DNA of 44,079 bases from Bacteroidota bacterium. Lineage in GTDB: Bacteria; Bacteroidota; Ignavibacteria; Kapaibacteriales; Kapaibacteriaceae. Each line of letters starts with the position of its first letter. Within the stretch, counting starts at the first letter, position 1. The notes below the pieces were generated by a model. The model was given only the letters and a program-made list of their open reading frames with translations, did no database searches and was not told the DNA's origin. Below are positions 21,201 to 29,400 of this stretch, piece after piece. A program made the translations under genes and the position numbers. The DNA lies in the NCBI GenBank assembly GCA_041157865.1, contig JBEBCJ010000174.1, positions 1 to 44,079 of the forward strand. Reading direction: 5' to 3'.

Positions 21201-22539
21201 ACCAAAGACTATTGATGGCGGTTCGGTTCTCTCGTGCTCGCCCGTGATTCGTAAGGAGTTTACGATCCAAAATAACGGAACGGTCTCTACGGTTGTTGAT
21301 ATCAGCGATGCACGGGCACCGTTGGGATTCTTTGTAACTCCAAAGACAGTAAACCTTGGTCCAGGGGGCAAGGCAACGATCTTTGTTGATATGCAGCCGT
21401 CACTGCTGCCGGTTAACAAGATCAGTTATGGCCAGTTCATTATCCAGGATAGGCTTTGCAGTGATGTAGACACTGTTACAGCCATGATTGAGATAGGTGA
21501 AACGCCCAAAGTGGTGGTTACCCCTGATCCGCTTACGGTGCCCGAGATACTCAAGGGTACAACCATTTCAGGTAAACTAACCGTTAGCAATCCGTCGATG
21601 AACGACATGTTCATTCGTAACGTGCGTATCCAGCAGGTGCGTCCACACTGGACGTTGCTAACGCCAATCATGGGCAGAACCATAGCAAGCGGGGAGTCCA
21701 TAGAGGTAGACGCAGAGTATGCTCCAGTTGTGCCTGGTTTGGATACAGCACTCGTCTACATCGATGCGCAAGTGGTCAACGGTCCAACGTGCAACAGTAC
21801 TGCAACAACCGGCCTTGTTGGTTCTGCTCGCTCTCCACGCGTTCCAGTTACCTACGACGTAAAGCTTCGTGTAGATGAATACAGTGCGGCCCCCGAGGCC
21901 ATTGTTGCAATTCCTGTGCATCTAGATAGCGATGTAAAGGATGCACAACTTGACAGTTTGAAGTGGACCGTGGCCTTTACGGACATTAACCTTACTGTTG
22001 ATTCGATCCTTCAGGGCAGTGCTTCTGATAGCCGCATCATTGTAAGAGCGCAACCATCCTATGTAGAGTTCACTGCCTACCCGACGGGTCAGCAGTTTGG
22101 TCGGCCCGGAGTACTTGGGGTTATGTATGTTACCGCACATGCAGCCATCCCCGACAGCACGCCGCTCGATATCAAGAGCATGTTTGCAACGGCATATGAA
22201 CCGCTGACATTCACCGACGACGACGGTTATCTTGTTGTTGACGCATGCGGTCCACGATTCTGGATTGACTTTACGCAACGGCCGGTATTCCGTCTTATCC
22301 CGCCATTCCCCGCCAGCGATGTGCTGCGCGTAGGTACGCTGTGTCAGACTGCCGATGAGGCTAGTATTGAACTCATCAACGGACTTGGTCAGGTTGTACT
22401 CAGCCAGACATCGGCACTGCCTACGGGCGCGAGCGTGGTCGCACTCAATACGAGCAGCCTACCAAACGGTATGTACATTGTGCACGTGATGTCGCGATCG
22501 GGCGTTGCCTTCACCGCGTCGGTTCCACTGAATCGTTAA
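18295..22539 (+). CDS. Giant secreted T9SS cargo: BNR/Ycf48-like beta-propeller, about 8 Ig-like modules, a cohesin-like module and a T9SS CTD
   Basis: Signal peptide MTRLYTIIAFVLLAATASGQ. Six SxDxGxTW-type BNR motifs: TTDGGSTWQ, SVDGGKTWA, TVDGGTTFT, SQDNGTTWN, STDLGATWR, TSNAGQTWQ. About eight modules of roughly 100 aa share a recurring pattern (...N.G...L.I..I......F......). The C-terminus ...LNTSSLPNGMYIVHVMSRSGVAFTASVPLN is CTD-like. Confidence 0.85.
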   Translation: MTRLYTIIAFVLLAATASGQTAQRWQKVVLPSPYSTGYYLDIFFLPGNPNYGWACDQNGGYVVRTTDGGSTWQGTKVDPALGACHLEYIQFLDQNVGYCSGPCGMYKSVDGGKTWASIKPAGSTNVWGGWFKNANEGWFVGGGCGTSTFLRTVDGGTTFTTSTHPEPRSVMSDPYWDASMPPNTVYAVGSGTLFRSQDNGTTWNVLNYTGVNNPWHEELAMVGTAVLIPNSGARCSSPPGPTDGMRFSTDLGATWRDFSTGEDMFGTFLHDAQRGWAAGWNESVYYTSNAGQTWQKRSCGLDGAGTDDIFFIDDNNGWVVGAGIFRTAKALRTQSDSILKYTGVCPDSAARDTVRFRNRNWFSSPWSVVINGTDASQFRIVNTPIAASISSCDSLGVIVEYKPNAQGPHYATLVATFQNPDTMLIVELQGSGRQRVAFPVDSVLSFSAPVGVATSRTSVWRSSSSINLESIVSITRISGDTSITLTVGQMPALVRTEGTLTYATANPKDTGWIQARFRVRLGPCTRDTIITVRVYGQSPIFASVPTAYVETGCGMSDTIRIPVLNTGNVQLNISSITIDVNASAAFTFIGLSSGRKGPPWVVPVKARDTILVVYRSGTGRDNTSLTIQHDDLTTARGSKNPWTIALRGVTDQPSVTIAPRLIDLGSICQGAIIERNINITNIGSKIVDAAAWTNSKNISGIQQSTISIAPSQVRQIPVTYNASVLGPFADTVYVRIAPCDSVYSVIVKGTVENIEVAITPSRIADSADVGVPLSGRCVIRLLTGDSAMITAIRIAPLPQTLTYLLPTLPKRLRKGDSIVVNLSWSSQAPTTYSGTIEVTAATTCTTRQSSQIYFRALNADVGIGPAALNWLLECKPYESVKKVSVEVRGNRPVRVFSATIVEQGTPFRVIGPATPFVVDPGKPLAIDVAYAPSAFGRSTATMLVDTDVDGGDATVSLEGVLDNVDLVVLPKTIDGGSVLSCSPVIRKEFTIQNNGTVSTVVDISDARAPLGFFVTPKTVNLGPGGKATIFVDMQPSLLPVNKISYGQFIIQDRLCSDVDTVTAMIEIGETPKVVVTPDPLTVPEILKGTTISGKLTVSNPSMNDMFIRNVRIQQVRPHWTLLTPIMGRTIASGESIEVDAEYAPVVPGLDTALVYIDAQVVNGPTCNSTATTGLVGSARSPRVPVTYDVKLRVDEYSAAPEAIVAIPVHLDSDVKDAQLDSLKWTVAFTDINLTVDSILQGSASDSRIIVRAQPSYVEFTAYPTGQQFGRPGVLGVMYVTAHAAIPDSTPLDIKSMFATAYEPLTFTDDDGYLVVDACGPRFWIDFTQRPVFRLIPPFPASDVLRVGTLCQTADEASIELINGLGQVVLSQTSALPTGASVVALNTSSLPNGMYIVHVMSRSGVAFTASVPLNR

Positions 22540-23593
22540 TGGTGCCGAAGAGTTTGCCTAGGCACGTCCGAACGGCCTTCTTCAGGTGCTCTTTACTATC
22601 CTCTTGCAACACTACTTCGGCACGAGCGATTTCCTGTAGCTTGTAATCCTGCTGGATCTGCTGATAGTTCAGCGTAAGTACTGCGCCGTTCATTACACGC
22701 TCTACCTTGCCAGTAAGGATTCGTGACACCTCAAAAGCAGAGAGGATCTTGAGCTCTGCAGTGGTGGTTGGGTTATAGTTCTCGATCATGTACAAGCGCG
22801 CCTTTGCAAAGATCGAGTCTCGAGTATCCAGGTCGATCATGACAAGGTCCTTCGTGTCTCGAAGTGCCTCTACGATAATCTGTGCAGCATCATAAGAAGC
22901 AGAGACTTTCTCCTTAAACAACGACCATGGTACAAGGCCACTCGGTGTCTCACGAAAATCAATGCCGCCAACCACAGTAAGATCTGCCGGCTGAACACGC
23001 AGTATGGGGCTTGCAGACTTGTACAACGCAGAATCCTGAAGTGCCATGCACACCGCACGCTGAATGGAGCTCAAGATGGCCGGATCAATGATCATCGTCT
23101 TTGTACTGTCCTCTTCGATCGTGGTTATACCATAACCGACGCCGTTTAGGTTAAGCACGAAACCATCACCGCCTAGGATCACCACTTCCGAGCGGACAAG
23201 TTTGCCGATGCGACCGACATTACAAAAGACCACCAGCTCTGCCTTGATGTAGTCTGCTGCCATAAGAACAGACAGGGTGTCTGGGCGCGAGCGAAGCAGA
23301 GAATCGCGAACATCATTTGGGATTACAGCATACTTGCCGGTTGACCCAAGTGCGATCGATAGACCGGTCTCGATCTTCTTTGCCGATAAGAACACGTCTG
23401 TTGTGTCATACTGCAAGCCCCCTACCATCACCTGCTGCACCTGAGCATGGGTAGTGACCAATGTTACGAGAAGGAAACATAGGGCAGCCCAGTGTTTCCC
23501 GTTCGTAACACGCTGTTTACATGCACCTAACAGCCCTGGAATAGTTTCGCCATCGTTCGTTCGGTTCTCGTTCACTGTTGGTCGTCTACTCAA
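22511..23593 (-). CDS. Hypothetical secreted protein with two tandem alpha/beta halves
   Basis: Long clean ORF with a hydrophobic signal-like segment WAALCFLLVTLVTTHAQ. No ATG precedes that segment, so the start must be TTG (23593) or GTG (23575). The 3' end overlaps the convergent 1414-aa gene by 29 nt. Confidence 0.6.
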   Translation of the reverse strand: MSRRPTVNENRTNDGETIPGLLGACKQRVTNGKHWAALCFLLVTLVTTHAQVQQVMVGGLQYDTTDVFLSAKKIETGLSIALGSTGKYAVIPNDVRDSLLRSRPDTLSVLMAADYIKAELVVFCNVGRIGKLVRSEVVILGGDGFVLNLNGVGYGITTIEEDSTKTMIIDPAILSSIQRAVCMALQDSALYKSASPILRVQPADLTVVGGIDFRETPSGLVPWSLFKEKVSASYDAAQIIVEALRDTKDLVMIDLDTRDSIFAKARLYMIENYNPTTTAELKILSAFEVSRILTGKVERVMNGAVLTLNYQQIQQDYKLQEIARAEVVLQEDSKEHLKKAVRTCLGKLFGTINDSVEPTR

Positions 23594-23595
23594 TT

Positions 23596-26424
23596 ATGAA
23601 ACACATCATGTTCTTCATTGCCCTGTGCATCAGCGCTACAATTGCGTTTGCACAAACGGGCACGATCGAAGGCAAAGTTACTGATGCAGAGTCGGGAGAA
23701 CTTCTGCGCGGTGCAACAATAAGCCTTACAGCACTCAAGAAGGGTGCATACTCCGATACCAAAGGTACGTATAGGCTCAAGAAAGTCCCTGAAGGGACTT
23801 ACTCGATCAAGGTATCGTACGTAGGCTATCAGACCACAACATTCGATGGAGTTGTTGTGAAGCCTGATGCAGTGACAACGTTCAACGTTGTTCTCTCGGC
23901 ATCCAAGGAACTTGGTAAGGAGGTTGTTGTCGAGGCGGCAAAGGTAACCGACAACGCGGGTGCGTTATTGACAGCACGAAAAAACGCTGCACAAGTAAGC
24001 GATGGCATCGGACGCGAGGAGATATCCAAGATGCCTGACAGCGATGCTGGGCAGTCTCTTAAGCGCGTTTCAGGCGTAACGCTTGTGGAAGGAAAGTTCA
24101 TCTACGTTCGTGGAGTGAGTGATCGTTACAGCAATACCACGCTTAACGGAGCAGCATTAACTTCTACAGAGCCGGATAAGAAGGCCTTTGCCTTCGACAT
24201 GTTTCCTAGCGAACTGCTCGAAAACGCGAATATTCTTAAGTCGTTTACACCTGATCTGCCAGGAAACTTTGCCGGCGGATTAGTTCAGCTGAATACGATC
24301 GACTTTCCAAGTAAGAGAGGCGTTAAGGTCTCTGCCTCTCAAGGCTACAACAACTATGTAACGTTCAAGAACGGCGGGTACTATGCATCGGCAGGTGCCA
24401 GTGGCGATGCATTTGCCATGGGCGCATCCTCTCGCAACATGCCATCGGCAGTGCCAGCTGATAGGTTGGGGATGAATCAACTGCTTCGCGATGTGCGAGC
24501 AGGGAATCAGGAAGCCATTGCTCGTCTGGATGGTATAGGCAGGTCGTTCAATAACAGCCTCTGGAATACGCGTAGCGAGACAGTAACGCCCAACGGCAGT
24601 ATGTCGGTAACGTACTCCGATGTCGTGACACTTGAGAATGAAGATGAAATCGGCATCGTCGCATCGGGCAACTACGGTAACTCATGGCAAAACAATGAGA
24701 TCATACGCGGCGGTATTCTCTCGAACCCGAATGATTATCTCTTCCGCTATACTGGTGTACAGTCCTCGCGCAGCACTTCGTTTGGCGGACTTTTCAACGT
24801 TGCTTATCGTATCGGCTCAAACTCGCGCATCGGCTTCAAGAACACCTACAATCGCACGGCCGACTTCGATAACGTGCATTTAACGGGCGAGAACTTTACA
24901 CAATCGCAGGCGCAAAAACTCTTCTCTTTCCAATACGTTGAGAAGTCGCTCTACAGTGGAACGGTCTCGGGTGAGCATACCATCACAAGTTTCTCAAACG
25001 CACTCGTAGACTGGCGCGTAGGATATTCACGTTCAACGCGCGACGAGCCGGACTTTAAGCGTCTGCAGTTCCTGCGCAACAGTTCGGACGTGGGCCAACC
25101 ATATTTCGCGGCGTTTGACCTCTCGCCACAGGGGGCTGGTTCTCGTGCAGGACGATTCTTCTCGGGCCTGGTTGATAATGCTGTAACGTCAGGCGTAAAC
25201 GTTTCGATTCCAGTGACTACGGAGATCAAGGTCAAGGTTGGCGGACTGCTTGAGAATAGATCTCGTCGATTCAGTGCACGCTCACTAACCATCGTCCAGG
25301 GTGTTGAAAACGACATCTCCGACAAGCTTACCGTGCCAGATAACAATGAGCTTCCCAATCTTGGTGTATTCTTTGCAGACTCCAACTACAGCATAGAGAA
25401 GGGGCGCCTCAGTTATTCGGAAGATTCCAAGCTCAGCGATCAATACGATGCACAGGAGCACCTACTGGCTGGGTATGCGATGATCGATCTTCCGTTCACT
25501 ATTGCTGGTATGGATAGCCGTATCATCACAGGTGCACGAATTGAAAAGAATGTCCAGCGTCTAAATTCTTTTGATGTAACCGACAATCGTGTGAACGTTG
25601 ATCAGGATCTGGTAGACATTCTACCGGCATTCAACTTGATTCTTCGGCCAGTAAAAGACTTCAACATTCGTGCATCTGCATCGCAGACGTTGGCCCGTCC
25701 GTCGCTGCGTGAGTTTGCCCCCTTCCAGTTTTATGATTTCCAGCAGCAGGCTACAATAGCCGGCAATCCCAAGCTGGTCCGTTCGCTCATTCAGAACTAC
25801 GACCTTCGCCTTGAGTATTTCACAGGTGCTGGCGAAGTGCTTTCGGTTAGTGGTTTTTATAAGCGTTTCGACAATGCAATCGAAGAAACACTTTTCCCAC
25901 AGCAGTCTGAGATCGTTCGTTCGTTTGCAAATGCCAACGGAGCTGCCGATAACATCGGCGTGGAATTTGAGATACGAAAGAACCTCGGCACCATGGCAGA
26001 TTGGCTAATGCCGTTTACGGTCTCTCTTAATACTTCTATTGTGGACTCCCGTATCGTAGTTGAGCAGGCTGGTGTAAAGGATACACGCTCGATGTGGGGC
26101 CAGAGTCCATACTCGGTAAATGCCTCACTCTACTACAGCAACGTCGAGTCGGGTACCAATGTAAGCGTTGCCTACAACACCTACGGACGCCGCATCATAC
26201 AGGTGAATCTGGTTGGAGTATTCCAAGGCAACCCACACGTGTATGAGCTGCCACGAGATGTTATCGACTTGTCGATCCAACAAACTGTAGGTCAGTCGCT
26301 GGAGCTCAAGGTCAGCATCCGTGACCTTCTCAACCAGCCATTGAAGTGGGAGCAAAACGGAGCTCTCATCCAATCAAACATCCGCGGCATGAGCATGTCT
26401 CTAGGCCTCGGATATAGAATCTAG
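23596..26424 (+). CDS. TonB-dependent receptor with an N-terminal carboxypeptidase-regulatory-like domain
   Basis: Signal MKHIMFFIALCISATIAFAQ. CarboxypepD_reg domain GTIEGKVTDAESGELLRGATISL...GTYRLKKVPEGTYSIKVSYVGYQT. Plug region (SLKRVSGVTLVEGKFIYVRGVSDRYSNTTLNGA) followed by a long beta-barrel. Confidence 0.9.
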   Translation: MKHIMFFIALCISATIAFAQTGTIEGKVTDAESGELLRGATISLTALKKGAYSDTKGTYRLKKVPEGTYSIKVSYVGYQTTTFDGVVVKPDAVTTFNVVLSASKELGKEVVVEAAKVTDNAGALLTARKNAAQVSDGIGREEISKMPDSDAGQSLKRVSGVTLVEGKFIYVRGVSDRYSNTTLNGAALTSTEPDKKAFAFDMFPSELLENANILKSFTPDLPGNFAGGLVQLNTIDFPSKRGVKVSASQGYNNYVTFKNGGYYASAGASGDAFAMGASSRNMPSAVPADRLGMNQLLRDVRAGNQEAIARLDGIGRSFNNSLWNTRSETVTPNGSMSVTYSDVVTLENEDEIGIVASGNYGNSWQNNEIIRGGILSNPNDYLFRYTGVQSSRSTSFGGLFNVAYRIGSNSRIGFKNTYNRTADFDNVHLTGENFTQSQAQKLFSFQYVEKSLYSGTVSGEHTITSFSNALVDWRVGYSRSTRDEPDFKRLQFLRNSSDVGQPYFAAFDLSPQGAGSRAGRFFSGLVDNAVTSGVNVSIPVTTEIKVKVGGLLENRSRRFSARSLTIVQGVENDISDKLTVPDNNELPNLGVFFADSNYSIEKGRLSYSEDSKLSDQYDAQEHLLAGYAMIDLPFTIAGMDSRIITGARIEKNVQRLNSFDVTDNRVNVDQDLVDILPAFNLILRPVKDFNIRASASQTLARPSLREFAPFQFYDFQQQATIAGNPKLVRSLIQNYDLRLEYFTGAGEVLSVSGFYKRFDNAIEETLFPQQSEIVRSFANANGAADNIGVEFEIRKNLGTMADWLMPFTVSLNTSIVDSRIVVEQAGVKDTRSMWGQSPYSVNASLYYSNVESGTNVSVAYNTYGRRIIQVNLVGVFQGNPHVYELPRDVIDLSIQQTVGQSLELKVSIRDLLNQPLKWEQNGALIQSNIRGMSMSLGLGYRI

Positions 26425-26446
26425 CATTTCATATCGTTCCTCTCAC

Positions 26447-29400
26447 ATGGAGAATACCATGCGTCGAATCCATACTCTTATACTCATATTGTTTACGATG
26501 GTGTTGATTGCATCAGCACAAAACCCATCGTCTGTAACGCTGCGATTCCCCAACGGCGGCGAGACGTTCCGTCCTGGCTCGACACAGGAGCTGCGCTGGG
26601 ACACAGCAGGCACGTTCCGTGCCCGTTGGAGGTTCCTGTTCGCGACATCTATGACGGGTCCGTGGACAGCGCTTACGGGTCCATCAAACGTTCTTGATTC
26701 CGGTGCCACGCGTGGTCAGTCCGTACCAACATCAGGTGGATGGCGCGTACCAAACGTTCCTACATCAAGTGGCTATATCAAGATGGAGTTGATCGCAGAC
26801 CCAACGGTGTTTGACATCAACGACAATCCGTTTACAATTGCCACACCAGAGACGATTGTTCCAGACTCGATCATCACCGGTGAAATCACACGGAACATCC
26901 ACCTGCGGGCAACCAAGATCTATGGTCTACAAGGCTATGTATATGTCAATGCAGGTGCAACGCTTACCATAGACCCGGGAACAATCATTGTTGGCGATGT
27001 TCCAGGAAACAACTCAGCTTTGGTTATCAACCGTGGTGCCAAGATTGTTGCTCAGGGAACTGCTGAAAATCCTATCGTCTTCACATCACGTGCAGCAGCC
27101 GGACAGCGCGCCCGCGGCGACTGGGGTGGCATATTGATCTGCGGTAAGGCTCGCGTCAATCAGCCAGCAGGTCAAGCAGCTCTCGAAGGGGGCGTTGCAG
27201 ATCTTACAGCCGGAGGTAAGGGCTGGTATGGTGGCACTGACGACGACGACAACAGTGGCATTCTGAAGTATGTGCGAATCGAGTTCGCTGGTATCGCAAC
27301 ACAACCAAACTCGGAGCTCAACTCGCTCACGATGGGTGGTGTTGGCCGCGGCACAACGATCGAGAACGTACAAGTATCGTATGGTAACGATGATGGTTTC
27401 GAGTGGTTTGGCGGCACTGTTAACGGCCGTTATCTGATTTCCTACGGCATTCTTGACGATGACTTTGATTGCGACAACGGTTTCTCTGGACGCGTGCAAT
27501 TCGGTCTTGTTAAGCGCTTCCGCACTGTTGCCGACGTGTCCACATCCCAGGCATTTGAAATCGACAACGACGCGTCGGGTTCATTTAATGCACCGCGCAC
27601 GCAGCCGCTCTTCTCAAACTTCACGGTTGTTGGTCCACTGCAAGACACATCCTGGACACCAGGTTCTGGCACAAATCAATACAGTTCCCGCTACGGTGCG
27701 GCTGCTCAGATTCGTCGTGCCTCGCGTGCAAGCATCGTGAACACGGTGTTTGTTGGTTGGCCGCGTGGATTCGAGATCGCACAGGCACCAACAATGGTTG
27801 CTGCCAACAACGACTCATTACTTGTTCGCAGCAACAGCTGGTATGGCATCAAGGGAGCCACGCTCACACTTGCAAGCGGAACACCGCCAGCAGGAATGGA
27901 TGCCAACTGGCTTGCTAAGGCTGGCTTTAATAACGAAGTCGATAAGGGTAATCCCAATGCAGCATTCCTTGTAAATGCATGGGTAACAGATGGCTCGTTT
28001 AATGCACGTCCACTAGTCGTTGCACCATACCTGAGCACAGCAAGCTTTGCCAATGGCTCGGCTACTGTAAGCCTTGCAGACCCATACTTCCAGCAGGTAT
28101 CCTATCGTGGTGCATTCCCAGCAGATGGTCCAGCATGGGATGCTCAGTGGGCAGAATACGATCCAATCAACAAGGAGTATCGTGCACAACCACTTGTTCG
28201 TCTAACCTCGCCAGGATCGAAGACTGGTGAGAAGTTCATACAAGGCGAAAAGATCACCATCTCTTGGGATACATCAGGTGCAGCCGGCAACAGCTACCGC
28301 TTCCAGTTCGGTGCGTCTGCTGATGGTCCTTGGCAGGACATTCCTAATGCCTCGAATGTACTCGACGCCGGTGCAGGCCGCGGCACACTTGCCGGTGGCT
28401 TCACAGCACCAAACGTTGTAACGAAGACAGGCTACGTGCGTATGTCGCTTGTAAACGACCCCGCAACCTTCGACATTTCCGACAACCCAATCGAGATCGC
28501 AGCTCCAGTGCCGAAAGATCCTGCAGTTAAGCTTCTTGAGCCGGGTACAAACAATAAGGCATTCCGTGTTGGACAGTCGGTAGACATCTCATGGGACACC
28601 ACAAACACATTCCGCCAGCGCTGGCGCTTTGAGTTTGGTAAGAGTGCAACCGGACCTTGGTCCACTCTGCCAGGCCTTGGTAACGTTCTTGACAGTGCAA
28701 CCCGCCGTGGCCGTATCGCAGGTGCCGTTGTATTCCGTCCAGCAGACTTGACGCAAACAGGATACATCCGTATGGTGCTGCTGAGCGACACAACCAAAAC
28801 AGACGTTAACGATAATCCATTCACGATCTCTGCTCCGGCTCCAATTGTTGTGGACTCGATCCTTGAAGGCGAGATCACGAAGAACGTTAAGCTGAGCAAC
28901 ACAAAGATCTACGGACTTAAAGGATACGTCTACGTAAACGATGGAGCAACGCTCGAAGTTGAAAAGGGAACGATCGTTGTGGGCGACGAGCCAGGCAACA
29001 ACTCAGCACTCGTTATCAACCGTGGTGGCAAGATCATCGCAAACGGCACAGCAAAGGACCCAATCATCTTTACGAGCCGTGCAGTTCCTGGACAGCGCGC
29101 TCGTGGCGACTGGGGTGGTATTCTGATCTGCGGTAAAGCACGCATCAATCAACCAGCAGGGCAAGCAGCTCTTGAAGGGGGCGTAGCAGATCAAACACCA
29201 GGCGGTAAGGGCTGGTATGGCGGTACAGACAACGAGGACAACAGCGGTATCCTCAAGTACGTGCGTATAGAATTCGCAGGTATTGCAACACAACCAAACT
29301 CAGAGCTCAACTCTCTAACTATGGGTGGCGTAGGTCGTGGAACAACCATCGAGAACGTTCAGGTATCATATGGTAACGACGACGGCTTTGAATGGTTTGG

